Positions 51,204 to 63,010 of a DNA stretch of 64,000 nt are shown one piece after another. The translations under genes and the position numbers were made by a program. The notes under the pieces were generated by a model. It was not told where the DNA came from. It did not search any database and saw only the letters and a program-made list of their open reading frames with translations. Source of the stretch: Macrostomum lignano (Eukaryota). How positions within the stretch are numbered: position 1 is the stretch's first letter; each line of letters starts with the position of its first letter. Where the stretch lies: contig NIVC01001263.1 in NCBI GenBank assembly GCA_002269645.1, forward strand, positions 124,001 to 188,000. The letters run 5' to 3'.

Positions 51204-51958
51204 CTGTACTCGAACATCAATATGAATTTTGGAATCACATGTATTTTAAATGGAACACATCGAAAATCGCCCCTGCTCAGAGCCAAAGTTACATATCGAG
51301 CTGAAACTTGACCAATAGTCGTTTCACGGTTGCAGTTTACTCTGTGTAAAGTTTCGTCAAGATCGGTGAAGCAGAAGTACCTGTACTCGAATATCAATAT
51401 GAATTTTGGAATCACATGTATTTTAAATGGAACACATCGAAAATCGCCCCTGCTCAGAGCCAAAGTTACATATCGAGCTGAAACTTGACCAATAGTCGTT
51501 TCACGGTTGCAGTTTACTCTGTGTAAAGTTTCGTCAAGATCGGTGAAGCAGAAGTACCTGTACTCGAATATCAATATGAATTTTGGAATCACATGTATTT
51601 TAAATGGAACACATCGAAAATCGCCCCTGCTCAGAGCCAAAGTTACATATCGAGCTGAAACTTGACCAATAGTCGTTTCACGGTTGCAGTTTACTCTGTG
51701 TAAAGTTTCGTCAAGATCGGTGAAGCAGAAGTACCTGTACTCGAATATCAATATGAATTTTGGAATCACATGTATTTTAAATGGAACACATCGAAAATCG
51801 CTCCTGCTCAGAGCCAAAGTTACATATCGAGCTGAAACTTGACCAATAGTCGTTTCACGGTTGCAGTTTACTCTGTGTAAAGTTTCATGCTACGGGTTGC
51901 TTTTAGTATTTTGCTTTTGTTAAAATTTGAATATCAATGCGAATACCAATGGGGAAAC

Positions 51959-52337
51959 GGGTCTCCCTAAAACACGCACCGCCCCGCCTCACAGCGCTAC
52001 ACGTTAAAACAAATTAGACTATAACTGAAGACATTTCAAAATGCATTTTATGTTAAGCTTTAAGCTTTTATAAAATTTAGTTTTTTTTACTGTGAAATAT
52101 TTAATTCGATGTATAATAAGTGATATTAATAATAATATTAATAAAATAATAATAATTTAATTTAATAATGCAAACGAGAATATGAAAAATAATAATAATA
52201 TTTAAGGTAATAAATAAAGTTAATTATTCTGTTCCTCTTACAACAAATAGTTCTCTTTGCAAGCAAAATACTGCATTGACAAAAATGTTATAATGTGTAG
52301 CGGTCGGGGCGGTGCGGTGCGTGTTTTAGGGAGACCC
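51959..52337. mobile_element. MITE (379 bp) with GG-starting TIRs and a 9-bp TSD (Merlin- or Mutator-like), nested in the Foldback right arm
   Basis: 24-bp perfect TIR gggtctccctaaaacacgcaccgc; TSD tggggaaac at 51950-51958 and 52338-52346; AT-rich interior. Confidence 0.88.
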
Positions 52338-52835
52338 TGGGGAAACAAATGCGTGGTCGTGAGTGGTGGTGTAGGTACGTATAGGTATTAACATGAGCTG
52401 AATTCACTTTTGTGTTGTGTTGTGTTGGTGTATGCTGTATTTTGTTATTTAAGACATCAAGAGTATCAATTATCGAAGAAGACATGATAGCCTATTTTAA
52501 AGATTTTTGAGACTCAAGATAAGATCTATTATACTTTTGAGATAATTGGGATTCAATCAAGATTTGAGATTAAGCCTGATTAGTATCCAGTAGGCCTATT
52601 TACACTATTTTATTTTACAATGCTAGTATTGTTATTTGTTAAACATGTACAATTATAATAATAGAATAAAAGGAGAAACAATTATTATATAAATTAATAT
52701 TGAGCTTGTTAGTAACTTGATGTATATTAAATATAAATTATATGATAATATCATAGTCACTAATAGTCACATAGTCACAAATCTTGACTTTTTGTAAGAT
52801 CTTAAAACCGAGATAAGATTTAAAAGGGTGCTAAT

Positions 52836-53466
52836 AATTTGTCAATTGGCATCTTGTCAAGTTATTGACAAAATGACTATTTGTTAGGGGTAGCAGCATT
52901 TACAATTGACAGTGACCTTATTTTTAATTATAATTACTTTGATAGCAAATATGTATAGAGAATTGAACTTTGTATAAAAGTTTTTATTCATGATTTTAAA
53001 TTTTAATATTCAGTGATTAAATTCATAAATTATTTATCATTATTTATCATTCTTTTGAAAATATATTTTTACTTTGACCTTTGTTGTAATTCATTGTTGA
53101 CTTTTTTATTTGAATTTGAATAATTGAAAAATTCAAATAGACAAGTGTATATTTTGGAAATAATATATCAATGTCAATGTAGTTTTTTGTACTTTCAAAT
53201 TAATTAATCTATTTTATCTGCTTTATTCATGTGAAAAAGTTTAATAAAACAATTCTTGGTAAAAATATAGCTATAAACATATGTATACAATACTGCATTG
53301 TATATATGTGATATATAGTTGACAAAGTGACTACCATTTAAAATTATTGCAATTGCCAATTGGCAATTAATAAAGTGACCACGTTTAAAGGTCTATTGAT
53401 TAGCCAATTGACAAAGTGACCTAAGGTTAACGGCTCCCTAGTTGACAAAATGCCAGTTGACAATTT
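52836..53466. mobile_element. Possible decayed MITE
   Basis: Imperfect inverted repeat aatttgtcaattggcatcttgtcaa (52836-52860) versus 53442-53466 (22 of 25 match), with internal ttgacaaa motifs. No clear TSD. Confidence 0.35.
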
Positions 53467-55311
53467 GATTAGGATCTATTTAAAAAACTACCATGATCTT
53501 AACACAATCGAGATCAAGATTAAGATCTATTTGACCCCTATATAAGACCTATAAAAGTTGCATTTGTGTATTTGGGTTGTTATATTTTAATGATTAGATC
53601 TTAATTTTGCCATATTGTTATTATTGGCTTTTAAAGCTTATACATATAAAAGGGTTTCAAAAAGTTTTGTTGTTTGTATAGTTTAAGTGTATAAATTTTA
53701 TAATAATGTTACATTATTTTTCAACATAGTCCCTTTGGCTAGCAATTTAAAGCACTTCTGCCATTGGTCACATGATGCCTAAATACTCTAGTATATAACT
53801 CAGTCAGTTGGCCTCTAGCCACTAGTTGGTAAGAAGAATGACCTATTTATTAGATTTGAAATGGTACTTATAATTATAAAGTAATTGCTTAATTTAATAA
53901 AATAGACAATAGTTGGAAAATACCAGGTCTAGTCTAGTCAATAGGCCAAATAGGAGAGGATTTCAAACCCCACAATGATGGCAACATTCATTACAACCTA
54001 GGCAGTATGAACTGGTACATTGTCATAAAGCATTTAGCTAGCATTTAGTTTCCCCTGCTTTTTTGGACAATTGCCTAAAAAGCTAGCTTAGCTATTCAAT
54101 ATAAAGCTATAATAGTACTCATTTTCAGCAATTGTGTAAAATTTAACCTTTTGAATAAATACTAAATAAATCAAATCATACTGGCATAACAGGCTCCTTA
54201 AGCCTGAGCCAAATTTACTACTACTTTACTACTACTACTAAATATACTATACCTATATACCTATATGTTTTATAAGTAGGTATTTGGCAAGCAAGATCCC
54301 TTGATAATCCTAAAAATAGTCTAAGATCTTGCTAGCCAACTTTGCTTACTTGAACTTGCAAAGGTCCTTTCTCTATCCAAGGGCACTGCCACTATAGAAT
54401 CTTGCACTCAATGAATATAGAATAGACTTGAGGTCATAGTGGTAGATCTAGCACTTATCTTTAGTTATGATTTGTCATTCAAATCCATCTGGATTCTCAT
54501 TGCCAGTCCAAAACATAAGCCAGTAAGAGCTGCGTAAGTTCTGCTTATGGTCTTATAAAACCATTTAGGGCATCTACGAGTATTAGGCATTGATCTTGTT
54601 TTACCTTAGGATTTGGCATAGGATCTCATTTATTAACCTAGCTAAGATGCCCAGAGTATGCATAATTTGTGGCAACTTGAATCTGACAGTCCTTAGCAAG
54701 CAGCTTGGCTACTACCTCAACTTTCTCCTAGTTAGTGTTACTGGTAGGCTATCTACAATTACCTTCAAGATACAGTCAATACATCTATAAAAATTGCTAT
54801 GTTGAATGGACAATAAAAATCATGTGTCTATCTTTTTACTCTGTTAAGCAAATATTCTATTATATTCTTTTTTATTGTTTCATTTGTATATTATAATGAA
54901 ATTCATCAACTTTGTAACTTAATTTAATAGCAGAAATACCAAATAATTTGCTAAATATTATATAGAGTAGAAAGACAATAACTTCATCTAAATTAGAAGA
55001 AAGTAAAAAAATTTGAAAGAATTTTTAAAAGAAATATGCTGAACTTGTATTGGCAACAGCATAAGAGGAAATAAACAGTTAGTTCATAGATGTACAAGAA
55101 AGTTAAAAGACAAAAGGATATGATAACATACTAGTATCACAAATATTACCTATTCGCATTCATTCATCATGCATTTCTTTAAAGCATCATTGCTTTACCC
55201 CACAGCGGCTGTCAGCAGTGCGTCGGCAGCCCTGTCGTCATTCACAAGCAGCGCTGCGGGCACAAAATCACAGGCTACCAGCCTGCCACAATTCTGGATC
55301 CTGTCTATTTC

Positions 55312-58090
55312 ATGCGGACTGGGCCGCCCGGGCCGCCGCCGCCGCCGCCGCCCCAGCATCTTCACCCCATGCTGCACCATGGCCAGCATCTTCATCCGCC
55401 AATGATGCGGCCGCCGCCCCCGCCGCACACCTTCGTGCCCGGCCCGCCGCCTGGGCCGATGGGTCCGGGACAGACCAGCGGCGACCTGCGGGTGCACGAC
55501 TTGAACAACAGGCTGACCCAGCGGCCTCGCGACACCCCGATGCTCTGGTGGGACGCGTTCGGTGCTGAATTCTTCGAGGACGACGCCCAGCTTCAGGTGT
55601 CGCTGATGGAGGAGGACGGATTAGCCCTGCCGCCCAAATCCTACTGCATCGGCCGGAGTTTAATACCGCGCTTCTTTCATCAGCTGATGGACGCCTGCGA
55701 GGAGGCTTATCTGTGGCTGCGGGCGCCGCATGAGATGCTGATGCAGTCACCGGCGCCGCATCTGCCGCCGACATTGGTGCTGACCTGCGATGCGGCAGAG
55801 CTGGTAACCAGCTATGTGCGGAACCAGCCGTGTCTGTGCAAGGTGAGCAGTCTCTGGACTGGGGCCATTCTTTGTGAGCAGTCTCTGGACTGGGGCCATT
55901 CTGTGTGAGCAGTCTCTGGACTGGGGCCATTCTGTGTGAGCAGTCTCTGGACTGGGGCCATTCTGTGTGAGCAGTCTCTGGACTGGGGCCATTCTGTGTG
56001 AGCAGTCTCTGGACTGGGGCCATTCTGTGTGAGCAGTCTCTGGACTGGGGCCATTCTGTGTGAGCAGTCTCTGGACTGGGGCCATTCTGTGTGAGCAGTC
56101 TCTGGACTGGGGCCATTCTGTGTGAGCAGTCTCTGGACTGGGGCCATTCTGTGTCTGTGCAAGGTGAGCAGTCTCTGGACTGGGGCCATTCTGTGTCTGT
56201 GCAAGGTGAGCAGTCTCTGGACTGGGGCCATTCTGTGTCTGTGCAAGGTGAGCAGTCTCTGGACTGGGGCCACTCTGTGTCTGTGCAAGGTGAGCAGTCT
56301 CTGGACTGGGGCCATTCTGTGTCTGTGCAAGGTGAGCAGTCTCTGGACTGGGGCCACTCTGTGTCTGTGCAAGGTGAGCAGTCTCTGGACTGGGGCCACT
56401 AATAATGTGTTAGTTTTTATTTTGCCCCCCACCCCAGGTGCTAGCGGACATCCGGCTGGTGCTGGAGTTCGCCTGGAACGAGCGCGCCAGAATTCGCCTA
56501 TGGCGCATGGATATTCGAGGCTACAACGAGCTCCTGCCCCGCTCTCACGCGCAGCAGCAGCCTCCTCTGCCTCATCAGTCGGGTAGCAACGGACCTTCGT
56601 GTCTGCCCTTGTCAACAGCCAAGCCCGTCAGCAAAGCGGGCCTGCCACCTCAGGTGGTGCACATGCTGCAGGCCAGCGCCGTGCTGGAGCCGATGCAAGC
56701 GATGATGGCTCTGCAAAAGTGCAGCGACTTGGAGCCCAGGGAGTGCTTAAAACAGGTGCATTCACTGCTCACTTTTTCACTGCTTCCAATGGTCAAAGAA
56801 CCAGCTTTCGTCACCGTTGTGAACAAGTTCTCATTCCTGTGAATAAGCTCCCATTCCTGTTGTGAATAAGCTCCCATTCCTGTTGTGAATAAGCTCCCAT
56901 TCCTGTTGTGAATAAGCTCCCATTCCTGTTGTGAATAAGCTCCCATTCCTGTTGTGAATAAGCTCCCATTCCTGTTGTGAATAAGCTCTCATTCCTGTTG
57001 TGAATAAGCTCCCATTCCTGTTGTGAATAAGCTCCCATTCCTGTTGTGAATAAGCTCCCATTCCTGTTGTGAATAAGCTCCCATTCCTGTTGTGAACAAG
57101 TTCTCATTCCTGTTGTGAATAAGCTCCCATCCCTATTGTGAATAAGCTCCCATTCCTGTTGTGAATAAGCTCCCGTTCCTGTTGTGAATAAGCTCCCGTT
57201 CCTGTTGTGAATAAGCTCCCATCCCTATTGTGAATAAGCTCCCATCCCTATTGTGAATAAGCTTCCATTCCTGTTGTGAATAAGCTCCCATCCCTATTGT
57301 TAATAAACTCCCATTCCTGTTGTGAATAAGCTCCCATTCCTGTTGTGAATAAGCTCTATTAATTCAACTCGACCCTTTGCAGATGCTGCAGCAGCGCTGG
57401 CAGCGAATGCCCGGCGGCCCCGGGGGCGATGTCAGCAGCGGATTCGTTGTCGCCGGGCTCCACGGCGGCCCCGCCGCTGTCCCAGCCGTCACGCCGGGCG
57501 GCGTTGCAGTCGCAGCAGCGCCCGCGACCAGTGGCAAAGCGCGAGGCGGCGCCGGCGCCAAAGTGCCGAGGTCGCGCAAGCGGACGAAAAACACGGCCGA
57601 GAACAACTCGGCCACCGGCGGGGAGGCCAAGCCGACTGGCGGCGGCGGTCGCGGAGGCGGCGGCCGGAAGCGGAATGCGGGAGCCGCAGCGGCGGCTTCG
57701 GGCCAGGCGCGCCCGTCGATGCCGCAGCCGATGGACCCGGCGCAACCGGGCGAAGTGATGGTGGTCGGCGAGCCCGGCCTGATGGGCGGCCAGGCCTGCC
57801 AGGAGGACGAGCGGCTGATCACCCGGCTGGAGAACAGCCGATTCGTCGCTATGAACCGCTTCGGAGCGCCTCCGTCTGCCGTAGCTTCGCTTTCGCATTC
57901 GCAGCCTTCGTCGACCTCGGTCGCCTTGACGATGGCCGCGGCTTCTGCCAGCTTGTCGACGTCCTCAGCTGTCCCGTTACCGGCGTTGCCGATTCCGACA
58001 AGCGGCTCGGCTGCAACGCCGACCGCCTCCGACCAGCTGCAGCCGCCGCCCCACGCCCTGACCAAAGCGGTGTCGCCATCGCACAGCTGA
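55312..58090 (+). CDS. LDB1: LIM domain-binding protein (LDB1/2, Chip orthologue); true start may lie in an upstream exon
   Basis: Exons 55312-55842, 56438-56755, 57383-58090, all phase 0. Dimerisation domain WWDAFGAEFFEDDA, IGRSLIPRFF, LEPMQ..M, PRECLK..QRWQR; basic NLS RSRKRTK; LIM-interaction domain VMVVGEPGLMGG..EDERLITRLEN. Confidence 0.93.
55830..56400. repeat. 31-bp then 42-bp minisatellite in LDB intron 1, containing copies of the exon-end/donor junction
   Basis: The 42-bp unit gtgagcagtctctggactggggccattctgtgtctgtgcaag regenerates gtgtctgtgcaag|gtgagc, the sequence of the real donor at 55842/55843. Confidence 0.95.
56817..57357. repeat. 23-bp minisatellite (gtgaataagctcccattcctgtt)n in LDB intron 2
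   Basis: Directly visible. Confidence 0.95.
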
Positions 58091-59079
58091 TCGGCCTCGC
58101 CCTTTTCCTAGAAACCAATCAGCTCTGCTGGGGCCTGCGCCGCTGTCTGTCGGAGCCTGTCCGGCTCGCATCCCCGCAGATGCAGTTTTCTCTATTACTG
58201 CGTCAATGGCTGGCATGTAGCTCAATTTGTCTGACAAGTTTACCTGTCTGCTTCTCTAGAATTCCACTGTCTCAGCTCACTATTTGAACCTTTGTCCCCA
58301 TCTGTATCAGACTGCAGAGCGAATCGCGGCAGCTGCTCAACTGTCTGCTTCATCCGTCATTGCTCCGAGAATTCTACTATTAGTAGTTTATATATAATTA
58401 ATATTGATGCGCAATTATTGAGCTTTTTCTCACTTTTTCTACTTAGCTTAGCGAATAAAAATTCTCTGGCAGCCTGGTCGCTAGCTCGCGTTGAAGCTAC
58501 TTACCTTGTCAGTAGTATGTGTCATGAGTTGCGCATTGTACAGCTACGCGTCATGTGTACTTTTAATCTAAAATATGCCATTGTTAAGCGGGGCCTTCTG
58601 TACAAAATGTGCCGCTTATTCCTTTTGAAGCGTGTTTTGTACTTAACCAGTTTTTGTGGCGTGCTACCCCAGCCTCTGTATTATAAGATTTTGGATTTTA
58701 TCCCTTTTTAATTTTACAAGCAATTTACATGTGTGGAAATGCTACATTGTTTGCTATTGGTAGAACTGCATCCTGATTAGAACCGCGCACCCTTTGCTGA
58801 CATTTCTTTAGTCAAAGATTTTTTCTGTCCGGATTCCAGAGTGCCTGAGACTGACTTTTATTGTAGAATTTTTTCCTTTGTTTTATTAATTCAGAATTTT
58901 GCTCATTTTCGTTACTTAAAACTCAGTTTAAGATGACACTACTTTTAGTAGTTTAAATTCGGTGGCTGAGTTCATTTCTTGTTTTTCAAGCTGAGCAAAG
59001 GTTGAGTATTTTACTTAAATTTAAATCATTTGTTATTTAAACTGACACCAAATTTAAATTTAAATTAAGTTTGGTGTCA

Positions 59080-60480
59080 GTTTATTGATTGGGAATGTCA
59101 GTTTATTGATTTGTAATGTCAGTTTATTGATTGGGAATGTCAGTTTATTGATTGGGAATGTCAGTTTATTGATTGGGAATGTCTGTACAGCTACTGTACA
59201 GCTGTACAGCTACAGTCTGTACAGCTTTATTGATTGGGAATGTCAGTTTATTGATTGGAAATGGCTGTTTATTGATTGGAAATGGCAGTTTATTGATTGG
59301 AAATGGCAGTTTATTGATTGGGAATATCAGTTTATTGATTGGGAATGTCAGTTTATTGATTGGGAATGTCAGTTTATTGATTGGGAATGTCAGTTTATTG
59401 ATTGGGAATGTCAATTTATTGATTGGGAATGTCAATTTATTGATTGGGAATGTCAGTTTATTGATTGGAAATGTGCAGTTAATTAATTGGGAATGTCAGT
59501 TTATTGATTGGAAATGGCAGTTTATTTATTGGAAATGTCAGTTTATTGATTGGAAATGTCAGTTTATTGATCTAAATGTCAGTTTATTGATTTGTAATGT
59601 TCGTTTATTGATTGGAAATGTCAGTTTATTGATTGGAAATGTCAGTTTATTGATTGGAAATGTCAGTTTATTAATTGGAAATGGCAGTTTATTGATTGGA
59701 AATGCCAGTTTATTGATTGGAAATGCCAGTTTTTTGATTGGAAATGTCAGTTTATTAATTGGAAATGGCAGTTTATTGATTGGAAATGCCAGTTTATTGA
59801 TTGGAAATGCCAGTTTATTGATTGGAAATGTCAGTTTATTGATTGAAAAAGCCAGTTTATTGATTGGAAATGGCAGTTTATTGATTGGGAATATCAGTTT
59901 ATTGATTGGAAATGTCAGTTTATTGATCTAAATGTCAGTTTATTGATTTGTAATGTTCGTTTATTGATTGGGAATGTCAGTTTCTTGATTGGAAATGTCA
60001 GTTTATTGATTGGGAATGTCAGTTTATTGATTGGAAATGCCAGTTTATTGATTGGGAATATCAGTTTATTGATTTGTAATGTTCGTTTATTGATTGGGAA
60101 TGTCAGTTTATTGATTGGAAATGTCAGTTTATTAATTGGGAATGGCAGTTTATTGATTGGAAATGTCAGTTTTTTGATTGGAAATGGCAGTTTATTGATT
60201 TGTAATGTTCGTTTATTGATTGGGAATGTCAGTTTATTGATTGGAAATGTCAGTTTATTAATTGGAAATGGCAGTTTATTGATTGGAAATGTCAGTTTTT
60301 TTGATTGGAAATGGCAGTTTATTGATTGGGAATGTCAGTTTATTGATTGGAAATGTCAGTTTATTGATTGGAAATGTCAGTTTATTAAATGTGAATGTCA
60401 GTTTATTGATTGGGAATGTCAGTTTATTGATTGGAAATGTCAGTTTATTGATTGGAAATGTCAGTTTATTGATTGAAACG
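59080..60480. repeat. 21-bp minisatellite (gtcagtttattgattgggaat)n
   Basis: Directly visible, ~65 copies. Confidence 0.96.
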
Positions 60481-61489
60481 TCAGCTTTAGACGTGGATGC
60501 CATTTTGAACAGGTGAAAAATTAAAATTACTGCTATTATTAACAAAATTGTGCACAGCTCCCAAAGTGCCATCAAGCAGTCGGTGCCATTTTCTAACCGA
60601 GCGGCAAGCCAGTTTTCATTCCACATTCCTTCTGTCCTGAATTAATTGATCCTGTTCGAATCGCCGGCACTTTTCACTTACACCCCCCGCTTACACACCT
60701 TTGTCTCCTCAGCCAAGCTGGGGGTTGTTTTGTCTGTCCGTGTACTTTTGTAAATTTGTGTCTTTTATAGGAAAGTTATTAAAGATTGAAGAGCGTCCCC
60801 GCCCGCTCTACTTACTGTTAGTAGGCAGTCAGGGCAATCTTCTACTTTTGTGTGCATCCGTTTGATTTTGCGCTAATTGTTTTTTTTTAATTTTAGTTGT
60901 TACTTTCAAATAAATATTGCTGTCTGCAAGTGTCTTGGCCTGCTCTAATCTGTGCCTTCTGCCTCTATTGAGCGGGACTTTTCAACCCCCCTCCCCTTAA
61001 TTTTCCTCATCGCGCGTGGCCTATGAAGTCTGTTTTTTGCTTTCCTTTGTCTCCCTGTGTGTGCCCGTGTGCCTGCCTGTTTACTGTGCGCAGAGTCGGT
61101 GGAAATTCCAGCTCAGAGCCGCTGCTCTGGTATTCCTGCTTCATTCCCCCTGTTCGCCAGTGGCACTCGCTGTATATAACTATATAGCACCGCGCGAGTG
61201 TCCAAAGAGCCTTTTTATTTAAATAAATAAACTGCTTTTTGTCATACTAAATATACTATTGTTATTATTCATAGCTTTTACTGACTGAGAAGCCGGCTCC
61301 ATAATTGTTATGAGTGCCTTCTCGTTTAAACGGAAAATCCTTCACTATTGTGCCAATTGTCAACGGTGTTTTTTGATCTCCAGGGCGACACGTTTGCCCA
61401 GTTGCTGGTGTTTGGCGGAATCGAACCTAGGGGCTCTGACATGATGCGTTTATTTGGACCCTCATTCAGGCCAATTGACATGACCCCTG

Positions 61490-62090
61490 TGCACTAGGCA
61501 TCATAAGCATAATGATTATGCTTAAGCTTAAGCATTATGACCCCTCACCAATAACCTCTGCAGACACTAAGCATTATGACCCATCTCCCATGACCTCTGC
61601 AGACACTAAACATTATGACTTATAACTTATGACCACTCAGACCTAAACGTTATGACTCATCACCCATGACCTCTGCAGACATTAAACATTATGACCCCTC
61701 ACCTATAACCTCTGCAGACACTAAGCATTATGACCCATCACCCATGACCTCTGAAGACATTAAACATTGACCCTTCACCCATGATTTCTGCAGACACTAA
61801 GCATTATGACCAATCTCCCATGACCTCTGCAGACACAAACATTATGACCAATCTCACATGACCCTGCAGACACTAAACATTATGACCCATCTCCCATGAC
61901 CTCTGCAGACACTAGGCATTATGACTTATAACTTATGACCACTCAGACCTAAACGTTATGACTCATCACCCATGACCTCTGTAGACATTAAGCATTATGA
62001 CCCTTCACCCATGAGTTCTGCAGACACTAAGCATTATGACCAATCACCAATGACTCCTGCAAGCACTAAGCGTTATGACCCTCAACCATG
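61490..62090. repeat. Degenerate ~39-bp minisatellite (attatgacccatctcccatgacctctgcagacactaagc)n
   Basis: Directly visible. Confidence 0.85.
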
Positions 62091-62289
62091 ACCTTTTGGC
62101 TTGCAAACTAATTGTTGTGGTTCCATTTGCCATGACACTAGTTGATAAACTATGAATAATCAATATGAATCTTCCTGTTACATGTACATGTACGACTCCA
62201 TGTACACTCACTGTTATGATAACGCCATTTATGGCCTCTGTATGAAAATGGTTCTGACCACACCCCCTATGAATCCCTGTTCACTAGTC

Positions 62290-63010
62290 ACTCTTCGGTA
62301 TGACCAACCCTCTATGACCCCTGTGCCACAAATCACTCATCATTATGACCAATCCTCTATGACCCCTGTGCCACTAATCACTCATCGTTATGACCAACCC
62401 TCTATGACCCCTGTGCCTCAAATCATTCATATTTATGACCAACCCTCTATGACCCCTGTGCCACTAATCACTCATCGTTATGACCAACCCTCTATGACCC
62501 CTGTGCCACTAATCACTCATCGTTATGACCAACCCTCTATGACCCCTGTGCCACTAATCACTCATCGTTATGACCAACCCTCTATGACCCCTGTGCCACT
62601 AATCACTCATCGTTATGACCAACCCTCTATGACCCCTGTGCCACTAATCACTCATCGTTATGACCAACCCTCTATGACCCCTGTGCCACTAATCACTCAT
62701 CGTTATGACCAACCCTCTATGACCCCTGTGCCACTAATCACTCATCGTTATGACCAACCCTCTATGACCCCTGTGCCACTAATCACTCATCGTTATGACC
62801 AACCCTCTATGACCCCTGTGCCACAAATCACTTATCGTTATGACCAATTCTCTATGACCCCTGTGCCACTAATCGCTTATATTTATGACCAACCCTCTAT
62901 AACCCCTGTGCCACAAATCACTTATCGTTATGACCAATTCTCTATGACCATTGTGCCACTAATCACTCATCGTTGTGACCAACCCTCTATGACCCCTGTG
63001 CACCAAGTCA
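62290..63010. repeat. 42-bp minisatellite (cgttatgaccaaccctctatgacccctgtgccactaatcact)n
   Basis: Directly visible; source of ORF 62152..63153. Confidence 0.95.

Larger units (their letters stand above)
47623..52354. mobile_element. Foldback-like (Mutator-type) element with long inverted arms built from 177-bp tandem units
   Basis: 9-bp direct repeat ggtcgtgag at 47614-47622 and 52355-52363; inverted termini acgcatttgtttcccca..; left arm ~5.7 units on + (47700-48715), right arm ~3.9 units on - (51204-51890). No transposase seen. Confidence 0.85.

Noticed and set aside
47772-51817. ORFs 47772..48905 and 51155..51817 with a 59-aa repeat
   Set aside because: They are translations of the 177-bp Foldback arm units with no recognisable domain.
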